From positions 105,298 through 129,297 of the forward strand of contig CAWBXX010000001.1 of NCBI GenBank assembly GCA_963792885.1: DNA of 24,000 nucleotides, read 5' to 3'. The notes beneath the pieces were generated by a model. The model saw only the letters and a list, made by a program, of their open reading frames with translations. It made no database searches and was not told where the DNA came from. A program made the position numbers and the translations under genes. This document shows, piece by piece, positions 16,404 through 23,268 of this stretch. This DNA is from an uncultured Alphaproteobacteria bacterium (GTDB taxonomy: Bacteria > Pseudomonadota > Alphaproteobacteria > Rhizobiales > Afifellaceae). Position 1 is the first letter of the stretch; every line of letters begins with the position of its first letter.

Positions 16404-17423
16404 TTACGGGCGGACGAAAGCGACGCTAACGCATGTGCCCCCGCCCGGTGCGTCGGTGATGCCGATGCGTGCTGCGCAAATATCAGCGATCTCTTTGACA
16501 ATCGCGAGCCCAAGGCCGCTGCCGTCGTAGGGGGCGCCGGGGGCCCGCCAGAACCGCTCAAATACTTTTTGGCGATGCTCCGGAGCAATTCCTGGCCCGC
16601 GATCGATCACCTCCAGCTTTCCGTCGGCATCGACAACGACGGTCACCTCGGCCCCGCCGGGCGACACTGAAATCGCGTTTTCGATGAGATTTCCCGTGAG
16701 GTCGCCGATCAACAGCGCCTCTCCGCGGACAATCACCGGCTCCTGCGGACGTTCCAATGCTACCGTCGATCCACGGGCGACTGCGAGCGGAGCAAGGACC
16801 GCGAGCGTTTCCGCCGCGACCTTGGCCAAGTCGGCCGTGCCCAGGGTGGGCTCGATGCGGGCATCAAGCCTTGAGATCTCCAGCAGCTGTGCGACCAGAC
16901 GGCTGATGCGTTTCAGGTCGTCCTGCAGCGGTTCGATCCTCTTGTCCGGACCGAGCGCCTCTAGTCCCGCAGAGAGTAGCTGCAGCGGCGAGCGCAGCGC
17001 GTGGGCTGCATTCGCGGTGAAACGGCGCTGGTGGGCGAAGCCTGCCTCGACCCGGTCCAGCATCTCGTTGGTGGCCCGCACGAGCGGCAGGATTTCAGAA
17101 GGCACGTCCGCTTCCGGCAGCCGTTGGTCCAGCGCGCCGGGATTAATCTGGGCGGCACGCGTCGATATCGTGCGGAGCGGCGCGAGGCTGCGACGCAGCG
17201 TGAGCGCCGCGAGCGCGAGCGTGACGGCGAGAATAAGCGGCACCGTCCAGGCGATATGGACGAAAAACTCCCCCATGACTTCATGCACGGTGAGCTGGGT
17301 ATGCTGTTCCTGGACCTGGCCGACATGGAGCGCGAACCAGCCCGCTATCACCGCGAATGCGATGGTGAGCACGAGGCCCAGCCGCAACAGCAGCGTCGCT
17401 TCGAGTGACCGCGGGGCCTTCAC
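16404..17423 (-). CDS. Sensor histidine kinase (2 TM, HAMP, HisKA, HATPase_c)
   Basis: 339 aa. It has two TM helices flanking a loop of about 24 aa, HAMP, an H-box FTANAAHALRSPL, an N-box NLIENAI, G1 DRGPGI, and F/G2 FERFWR...GSGLGLAIV. It overlaps the regulator gene by 4 nt. Confidence 0.9.
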   Translation of the reverse strand: MKAPRSLEATLLLRLGLVLTIAFAVIAGWFALHVGQVQEQHTQLTVHEVMGEFFVHIAWTVPLILAVTLALAALTLRRSLAPLRTISTRAAQINPGALDQRLPEADVPSEILPLVRATNEMLDRVEAGFAHQRRFTANAAHALRSPLQLLSAGLEALGPDKRIEPLQDDLKRISRLVAQLLEISRLDARIEPTLGTADLAKVAAETLAVLAPLAVARGSTVALERPQEPVIVRGEALLIGDLTGNLIENAISVSPGGAEVTVVVDADGKLEVIDRGPGIAPEHRQKVFERFWRAPGAPYDGSGLGLAIVKEIADICAARIGITDAPGGGTCVSVAFVRP

Positions 17424-18100
17424 GTTGCCGTTTCAGCGGGGGCGAGCATATAGCCAAGTCCCCGGAAGGTATGAATACGCACGGTCGCCTGCGCATCCTC
17501 CAGGCGCCGGCGCAGATGGTGGACATGCACCGGGATGGCGTTCGATTCCGGCACGTCGAGACCGTATGCCTTGTCGATGAGCGTGTCCTTGGTGACCACG
17601 GATCGGGCTGAAAGAACGAGTTGTTCCAGGACCGCAAGTTCGTGACGAGGCAGTGGCAGCGGCCGCCCATCCACGATCGCCGCGCGCGACGCGAAATCGA
17701 AGGCTAGGTTCCCGATTGTCTCGATGCGTCCGAAGACGGCGCCTGGACGGCGCAGCAGCGCGCGCACGCGTGCCACCAGTTCCGCCATCGCGAACGGTTT
17801 GATGAGGTAGTCGTCCGCGCCCTTCTCGAGCCCGGCCACACGATCCTCGATGGAATCCAGGGCGGTCAGCATGAGAATTGGGAGGTCTCGTCCATCACGC
17901 CTGACCGCGGCGACGAGATCAAGCGCATCGCCGTCGGGCAAGGTTCGGTCGACGATCAGCGCGTCAAAATTCTCGGTGGCGACAAGCGTGAACGCATCGG
18001 CGAGGCGTCCGCTCGTGTCGGCGGCAAAACCGGCTTCGAGCAGCGCGTCGGCCAACAACCGAGCGAGCCGGGCTTCGTCTTCAATGATCAGGACACGCAT
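17420..18100 (-). CDS. OmpR/PhoB-family response regulator
   Basis: 226 aa. The receiver domain reads MRVLIIEDE...ALIVDRTLPDGD...MLTA...IKPF. The winged-helix output domain contains RIHTFRGLGYML. Confidence 0.93.
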   Translation of the reverse strand: MRVLIIEDEARLARLLADALLEAGFAADTSGRLADAFTLVATENFDALIVDRTLPDGDALDLVAAVRRDGRDLPILMLTALDSIEDRVAGLEKGADDYLIKPFAMAELVARVRALLRRPGAVFGRIETIGNLAFDFASRAAIVDGRPLPLPRHELAVLEQLVLSARSVVTKDTLIDKAYGLDVPESNAIPVHVHHLRRRLEDAQATVRIHTFRGLGYMLAPAETAT

Positions 18101-18239
18101 TCGAGGGAGCCATACAACTCGAAAACTGCCTTAAACAAGCAGTGTTAGGACGTCCAGAGGATGAGCCAGTCGCCGCGAGGATCGGGTGCCCGGCGCGGGG
18201 CGCGGTCGGACAGCTTTCCGCGAAAATAGGGAGGTGGGC

Positions 18240-18722
18240 ATGATTTCAGTTCGCAATACGGCACTTGCGTTGGCAGGCCTGATGGTGGCTGCAGGAGGTG
18301 GCGCTTATGCCGCTTCGGACTGGCTGACGGGAAGCACCGAGGAGAAGCTGACCACCCTCGCCGGAATTCAACCCGGCTTGGGAACCGTCATGATCGAGTA
18401 TTCGAACCGCTACACCAACACCTATTATGCCGCGAAAGCCGGCAACTGGGATCTTGCCGCGTATCAGCTGAAAGAAGCGCTTGAGATCCAGGAGGTAGGC
18501 GAAGCTACAAGGCCGGCGCGTGCGCAAGCGCTGAAGCTTTTCGAGGACGCCTACCTGACGAAACTCGACGACTTCATCAAAGCGAAGGACTTCGGCCAGT
18601 TCGAAACGGCGTTCAACAATGGCGTCAAGGGCTGCAACGGCTGTCATGCTTCGCAGGGATTTGCCTTCATCGAGTACCAGTTGCCGGATACGGCGCCGGC
18701 ACCCTTGAAGCTTGCACCGTAG
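18240..18722 (+). CDS. Periplasmic helical monohaem c-type protein with C-terminal CxxCH (class II cytochrome c-like), uncharacterised
   Basis: ATG 18240 has a strong SD (AGGGAGGTG); the track start 18186 lacks one. Signal peptide is MISVRNTALALAGLMVAAGGGAYA. The body looks helical, and a single CNGCH lies near the C-terminus. Class assignment rests on motif position only. Confidence 0.75.
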   Translation: MISVRNTALALAGLMVAAGGGAYAASDWLTGSTEEKLTTLAGIQPGLGTVMIEYSNRYTNTYYAAKAGNWDLAAYQLKEALEIQEVGEATRPARAQALKLFEDAYLTKLDDFIKAKDFGQFETAFNNGVKGCNGCHASQGFAFIEYQLPDTAPAPLKLAP

Positions 18723-18960
18723 GGCGGCGGGCCGACGGGGCTCGGCGAGACGGGCCTCCGTCCGCGTTGTGCGCCGGCTGAACGTGGAGCGGGTTCGCTC
18801 GAACAGGCTCCGGCTGAGGGATGCCGGCTCCATGCGTCGAGGATAATCTCGCACTCGATGTCAGGTGCGTACCGGTCGCGTGGCCGCCCGCTGTGGCGGT
18901 CGCGCTGACGTTTGCGTCTGGGCGGAGTTTGAAGCGCAAGAGATCGGAGCGGCGGGGGTC

Positions 18961-19727
18961 ATGCCACAAGTCCACCGGATGTTCTTCCATTACAGCGAGC
19001 TGCCGCTCAGCGTTCGTACGCTATACACGATGACGCTGCTCGTTATGGGGATCGGCTACCTCTTCGCCATGATCCAGATCTACGAGGTCGACGCCGGCCG
19101 CGACGGTAAGACGGGTCTATCGGCAAGCGACATCGCCATAGCCTATGGCGGCAACAAGACAGCGAGTGAGCTTGAGTCTGCCTTGTCGGGACCGATGTCG
19201 GGGATACTGCTCGGCAGACGATGTCGCGGCTATCACGACATGGGTGCACGCCGGCGCCGACAAGGCAGAATACGAAAAGCAGATCGGCCCGATCATTGCT
19301 CAGCGGTGCGCCGGTTGCCACGACGGCAGCAACCCGCATATCCCCAATCTCAGCAGCTACGACGACGTCGCGAAGGACGGCGCAAATCGACACAGGGATG
19401 AGTATCGCGACCCTGGTACGCGTCTCCCACATCCACATGTTCGGCGTTACGTTCATATTCTTCATCATGGGGCTGATCTTCAGCCACGCCTTCGTGCGGC
19501 CGGTGTGGTTCAAGTGCCTCGTCATCGCGCTTCCGTTCCTAGCGGTGATCATAGACACCGGTTCCTGGTACCTGACGAAGATCAACCCCGCCTTCGCCTG
19601 GACGGTCATCGTTGGTGGCGCGCTGATGGGGCTAAGCTTTGCGACACAGTGGATCGTCTCGATGTACCAGATCTGGTTCTACAGGTACCCGGGCGCGGGG
19701 CATCCGGCCAATCCCGTGATAGGTTGA
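18961..19727 (+). pseudogene. Four-TM membrane protein with a periplasmic CxxCH loop, interrupted by two +1 frame breaks; uncharacterised family
   Basis: Three consecutive frames:
- MPQVHRMFFHYSELPLSVRTLYTMTLLVMGIGYLFAMIQIY...ALSGPMSG (track 18865..19401).
- ADDVAAITTWVHAGADKAEYEKQIGPIIAQRCAGCHDGSNPHIPNLSSYDDVAK (track 19145..19783).
- AQIDTGMSIATLVRVSHIHMFGVTFIFFIMGLIF...three TM helices...YQIWFY (track 19221..19727).
The breaks lie at about 19195-19217 and about 19373-19385. Confidence 0.7.
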
Positions 19728-19734
19728 CCTGTCG

Positions 19735-19764
19735 GGTGCAGCCCGGTCTCTACCGGGTTGCACC
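19735..19764. terminator. 12-bp stem (one mismatch) / 6-nt loop hairpin between convergent genes; possible bidirectional terminator without a U-tract
   Basis: GGTGCAGCCCGG-tctcta-CCGGGTTGCACC, read directly. It lies between the stop of the membrane haem gene (19727) and the stop of the DUF1328 gene (19793). There is no T-run on either side. Confidence 0.3.
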
Positions 19765-19792
19765 GCATGGCTGCGCCTTCTGAGTTCGCGAC

Positions 19793-19966
19793 CTAAACCG
19801 GTCCGCGTCCGCGCACCGCTCCTGCTACGGCCGAGATCAGGAACAGTATGATGGCGACGAAGAAGATGATCTTGGCGATGCCGACCGCCGTCCCGGCGAT
19901 GCCGCCGAAGCCGAGAAGCGCTGCGATCAGCGCGATCACAAGGAAGGTCAGAGCCCATCCCAGCAT
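19793..19966 (-). CDS. DUF1328 (UPF0391/YtjA-like) small membrane protein
   Basis: Below the track length cut-off. My translation gives [57 protein letters not shown] (57 aa), which has the characteristic LGFGGIAG motif. GGAG lies 7 nt upstream of ATG 19966. Confidence 0.75.
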   Translation of the reverse strand: MLGWALTFLVIALIAALLGFGGIAGTAVGIAKIIFFVAIILFLISAVAGAVRGRGPV

Positions 19967-20050
19967 GACGAATCTCCATGAAATGCGCCGAAGAAGCGCG
20001 GTTCTGCCCTAAAACGCGGCAGGCTACGGTTTGGTTTCATGACTTCTTTT

Positions 20051-20977
20051 TCAGGTGGTGGCCGCAAGACATGACGCGATGATCTGGGCGTCCCGCGTAA
20101 GGAGTGCGCCATAGAGCGCGGGGCCGGGATCAAGGCCGGTGCCGCTTTCGTCAAGCACGCCAACGCGGACTCCGTCGGCGGCCATAGCGCTCAGGAGACC
20201 GGGGCCGGCCGTGCGGTCGACGAAGACGCAGGCGGCGCCGCTCTCCGCCACGGCCTTGCGCAACGTGTCGACCGCCGAGAGGTCGGCGAGCTCGGTCCGT
20301 TCGGTCACGTGCGGCCCGACCTCGTTCAGGCCGTAACGATGCACGAAGTAGGCGTAGCCGTCGCCAAGAATGGCGAACGGTCGCGTCGTCGCCGGCGCCA
20401 ATTTCTGGCGGATCGCCAGATCGAGTCCTTCAAGCTCGCTCACCGTCGTCGCGGCGTTCTTGCGGTACTCGCGCGCGTGGCTCGGGTCCATGTCGGCGAG
20501 CGCCTCGGCCACCGCCTCGACCGCCTTCTCCGCGCGGAGAGGATCGAGCCAGAAATGCGGGTCGGCGCCCGCATGCGCCGCGGCGACTTCGGCGCCGACC
20601 TTGCCGAGCGCCGGTTCGCGCGCGCCCTTGTCCTTGGGCAGCTCGTCATCCGGCCGTGCGTTGATGCCGGGCGCTTCGAGAAGCTCGAGATCGGCCACGC
20701 CATCGACATTCAGCGGAGCGACCAGGTTCTTCTCGAGCGGCGGCCCGACCCAAACGACGAGATCGGACGCGGCGATCGTCGCGCGCATGGAAGGCTCCAG
20801 CACCGTGGCGTCGTCGGATATCGCGTCGGGTGGAAGCAGCGTCGGCTCGCCCACGCCCCGCATCACCGATGCGACCAGCGAATGGATCGGCGCGATCGAA
20901 ACGACCACGTTCGGGACTTTGGCCTCAGCCGTCCCGACGCAGAGTGTGAGGGCAAGCAAAACGACGGGCAGACGCAT
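20051..20977 (-). CDS. ZnuA/TroA-family (cluster A-I) periplasmic metal-binding protein homologue with non-canonical ligand positions
   Basis: Aligns along its whole length with my recollection of E. coli ZnuA: VVWVGP, DPHFWLDP, GYAYF, CVF..., LDP. Signal peptide is MRLPVVLLALTLCVGTAEA. I prefer ATG 20977 (GAGG 8 nt upstream) to the track GTG 20986. Confidence 0.85.
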   Translation of the reverse strand: MRLPVVLLALTLCVGTAEAKVPNVVVSIAPIHSLVASVMRGVGEPTLLPPDAISDDATVLEPSMRATIAASDLVVWVGPPLEKNLVAPLNVDGVADLELLEAPGINARPDDELPKDKGAREPALGKVGAEVAAAHAGADPHFWLDPLRAEKAVEAVAEALADMDPSHAREYRKNAATTVSELEGLDLAIRQKLAPATTRPFAILGDGYAYFVHRYGLNEVGPHVTERTELADLSAVDTLRKAVAESGAACVFVDRTAGPGLLSAMAADGVRVGVLDESGTGLDPGPALYGALLTRDAQIIASCLAATT

Positions 20978-21100
20978 GATCGTCACCTCGGCACATGCGC
21001 CCGCCCAATCGCTTCCCGGGCATGCCGCTCGAAAAGCCGCGCGCCCGTCATCGAAAAAGAATGTGCTCCCCGATGCAGGCGAAATTCGGACCGGCCGAAC

Positions 21101-21703
21101 TCAAGAACCGCGGTCCCCGCTATCTTTTTCGTAATCCTGAAGCATCAACATTTGCGCGACGATGAGTGTCTTCGCGTCGGCGATCAATCCTTCGCGAGCC
21201 ATCCTGAAGAACTCGGCGAGCGCCATCTCGATGACCTCGATCTGCTCGCCCTCGTGCGGATTGCCGCCGCCGTTATGGGTACGGTCGCCGTCCGAGACCT
21301 CGGCGATGAAGAGATACATGCGCTCCGTCAGCGTCCCGACCGAGGGAAGGACGGTGCCGAGGCGGCGGAGAGCCCCGATCTTCATCCCGATCTCTTCCTC
21401 CGCCTCGCGCCGCGCCGCCTCCTCCGGCGTCTCGCCCGGATCGATGAGACCGGAGCAGACTTCGAGTAGATAGGGATCGTCGTCGCTAAGCAGGCCGGTC
21501 CGCCACTGCTTCACCAGGAAGACCACGTCGCGCGCGCGGTCGATCGCAAGCACGACCGCGGCGTTCCCGTGATCAACCAGCTCGCGCTTGTGTCGTCGAA
21601 GCGTGCCGTCGAGATCCGGCGCCTCGACCACGAGCTCGTCGACGATGTTCCAGCCGTCGTAAACACGCTTCCTCTCGACGATACGCGGCTTGCCGTCCTT
21701 CAT
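21101..21703 (-). CDS. Nudix hydrolase (ADP-ribose pyrophosphatase-like)
   Basis: Nudix box GLIDPGETPEEAARREAEEEIG. The N-terminus KPRIVERKRVYDGWNIV is NudF-like. The start is uncertain: ATG 21703 is preferred over the track TTG 21781, and neither has a clear SD. Confidence 0.8.
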   Translation of the reverse strand: MKDGKPRIVERKRVYDGWNIVDELVVEAPDLDGTLRRHKRELVDHGNAAVVLAIDRARDVVFLVKQWRTGLLSDDDPYLLEVCSGLIDPGETPEEAARREAEEEIGMKIGALRRLGTVLPSVGTLTERMYLFIAEVSDGDRTHNGGGNPHEGEQIEVIEMALAEFFRMAREGLIADAKTLIVAQMLMLQDYEKDSGDRGS

Positions 21704-21801
21704 GTGCGAAGACACCGTGGTCGTTTTCTGGAGGTCAATTCGAAGAGGCAATCTGATCGGCCGGCGGGCGGCCGGCGTCAACCGCGGGGCGCGGGAGGCC
21801 G

Positions 21802-22734
21802 CTAGGCCGCCTGCACCTCGTAGGCGCGGAAATTGTTGACGATGTGGTTCTCTAGCGCGTCGAAAAGCGAGCCTTGCGCCGACGCGGTGCGGCGAAGCTC
21901 AATCTCGTAGTGGCCGATCGACGGCAGGCCCATATCGGAGTCGATGATCTTCAGGTCGCCTTTCACCGAGGAGAGCGGCAACGGCGCGACCGCGAGCCCG
22001 CCCATCACCGCCGCGAGCTGACCGAGATAGTGTTTGCTCGTATAGGCGAGCCGATAGGGTATCCCCGCCCTATCGAGCGCGTGCAGCGCCTGCCGACGCC
22101 AGCAGCAGCCGATATGCGACACGGCGACAGGAAGCGGCGACTTCTCATGCGCGCAGCCATGCTTCAGCCCCGCCCAGACAAGCGGCTCGCGATGCACGGT
22201 CATGCCCGAGAGCTGTCCGTGGCCGGAGCTGATCAGCGCGAGATCGATCTCGTTCGCGTCGAGGCGCTGCAGGAGTTCCATGCTCGATTGGCAGGAGAGG
22301 TCCACTTCCACATCAGGATGGCTCGCGGCAAAGCGCGCCAGAATGTCGGGCAGGAACTGGACGGCGTAGTCGTCCGGCGCGCCTAGGCGGATCGTCCCCT
22401 GGATCTGCGGCGCGCGGAAGCGCTGCATCGCCTCGTCGGCAAGCTTCAGGATGCGGCGCCCGTAGCCGACTAGCGCCTCGCCGTCGGGGGTCAAAGTCAC
22501 GGAGCGCCCGTTCTTGGCGAAGAGCGGTCGCGAGACCTGCTCTTCGAGCTTCTTCATCTGCATGGAGACGGCCGAGGGCGTGCGGAAAACCGCCCGTGCG
22601 GCCTTGTTGAAGCTGCCGGTGTCGGCGATCGCCACAAGCGTCCTCAGAAGGTCCAGCTCAAGGCCCGCAGCGCCCCTGAAATCCAGCGGAGTTTCGGCCG
22701 GCTGGGCCTGCGAATTCAGCGGAACGACGCTCAT
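21802..22734 (-). CDS. LysR-family transcriptional regulator
   Basis: The N-terminal wHTH reads LDLLRTLVAIADTGSFNKAARAVFRTPSAVSMQMKKLEEQV, followed by a LysR substrate-binding domain. I prefer ATG 22734 (310 aa) to the longer track start 22860. Confidence 0.9.
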   Translation of the reverse strand: MSVVPLNSQAQPAETPLDFRGAAGLELDLLRTLVAIADTGSFNKAARAVFRTPSAVSMQMKKLEEQVSRPLFAKNGRSVTLTPDGEALVGYGRRILKLADEAMQRFRAPQIQGTIRLGAPDDYAVQFLPDILARFAASHPDVEVDLSCQSSMELLQRLDANEIDLALISSGHGQLSGMTVHREPLVWAGLKHGCAHEKSPLPVAVSHIGCCWRRQALHALDRAGIPYRLAYTSKHYLGQLAAVMGGLAVAPLPLSSVKGDLKIIDSDMGLPSIGHYEIELRRTASAQGSLFDALENHIVNNFRAYEVQAA

Positions 22735-22769
22735 TTCGAGCACTCCAAAACGTTCAGCGGTTCTGATTG

Positions 22770-22784
22770 GAGACATAAGATCAA
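22770..22784. promoter_or_regulatory. LysR-type T-N11-A / ATC-N9-GAT dyad (ATCAATTCGTTTGAT)
   Basis: Read directly in the AT-rich divergent region between the LysR gene and the DUF1127 gene. It fits the generic LysR box architecture. Binding is not demonstrable from sequence. Confidence 0.4.
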
Positions 22785-22829
22785 TTCGTTTGATTGAGCA
22801 ATAGGGAATTGTCAAATAGACGCCAGGAA

Positions 22830-22855
22830 ACGGGTGGCCCACCCGTCGGATTTTC
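22830..22855 (+). other. 17-bp perfect palindrome ACGGGTGG-C-CCACCCGT followed by CGGATTTT (terminator/attenuator-like or operator) in the DUF1127 leader
   Basis: Read directly. It lies about 60 nt upstream of ATG 22908. Confidence 0.3.
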
Positions 22856-22907
22856 CGCAAAGAGTTGAAACCGCGCCGTTATTTCCGGCGGCTAGAGGAG
22901 ATTTGCC

Positions 22908-23183
22908 ATGCGCAACGCAGCGTATTTCATCGCCAGCCAGAGCGAGGGCTCCGGGGATGGCTTTCTGCTGTCGACGGCCCGCTCGCTGCTGCACGCCGTG
23001 AAGGCGTGGAAGAGCCGCCGGGACGTCGCACGTCTCGTGGACTTTGACGACCGCATGCTCGCCGACATCGGCCTGACCCGCCGCGACGTCCGTGAGACGT
23101 TGGAGCTGCCCTTCGCGTCCGACCTCGGCCGCGAGCTTCAGCTCCGCGCTTCCCGAAACGTCCGCCGGGGATGGAACATTTGA
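22908..23183 (+). CDS. DUF1127 domain protein (YjiS-like), long form
   Basis: 91 aa, with SD GAGGAG upstream. The core reads AWKSRRDVARLVDFDDRMLADIGLTRRDV, matching the W..RR....L..L.D..L.DIG..R.D signature. Confidence 0.8.
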   Translation: MRNAAYFIASQSEGSGDGFLLSTARSLLHAVKAWKSRRDVARLVDFDDRMLADIGLTRRDVRETLELPFASDLGRELQLRASRNVRRGWNI

Positions 23184-23268
23184 TCGCGCGCGCCGCACTC
23201 GCGTCGCCGCGAGCAATGTCCCAACGGCTTCCGAACATGCTATCGGGGCTCTCCGAGCAGGAGCCCCG

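Noticed and set aside
18101-18239. GCTGACA-type sites or another clear operator in the promoter region between the response regulator and the periplasmic haem gene
   Set aside because: I found only an imperfect dyad (CCTTAAACA...TGTTAGG) and a 2-mismatch heptamer (GGACAGC). That is not enough to claim a binding site.
4438-19385. Programmed +1 ribosomal frameshifting as the explanation for the seven frame breaks
   Set aside because: I found no shared slippery or stall motif at the junctions. The contexts differ: CTCGTTCC, ACCGGCCGAG, GGGG, AAGGACGG, and C6 or CCCGGAG. Seven independent programmed sites in unrelated genes would be unprecedented. Indels, whether real or artefactual, are the simpler explanation.
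13082-22860. Longest-ORF starts for folD (14059), the periplasmic haem protein (18186), the membrane haem protein (18865), the ZnuA-like gene (20986), Nudix (21781) and LysR (22860)
   Set aside because: Internal ATGs (or a family-typical N-terminus) fit better, in several cases with an SD at proper spacing. These are 14011, 18240, 18961, 20977, 21703 and 22734. The upstream extensions are Arg/Gly-rich or would bury a signal peptide.
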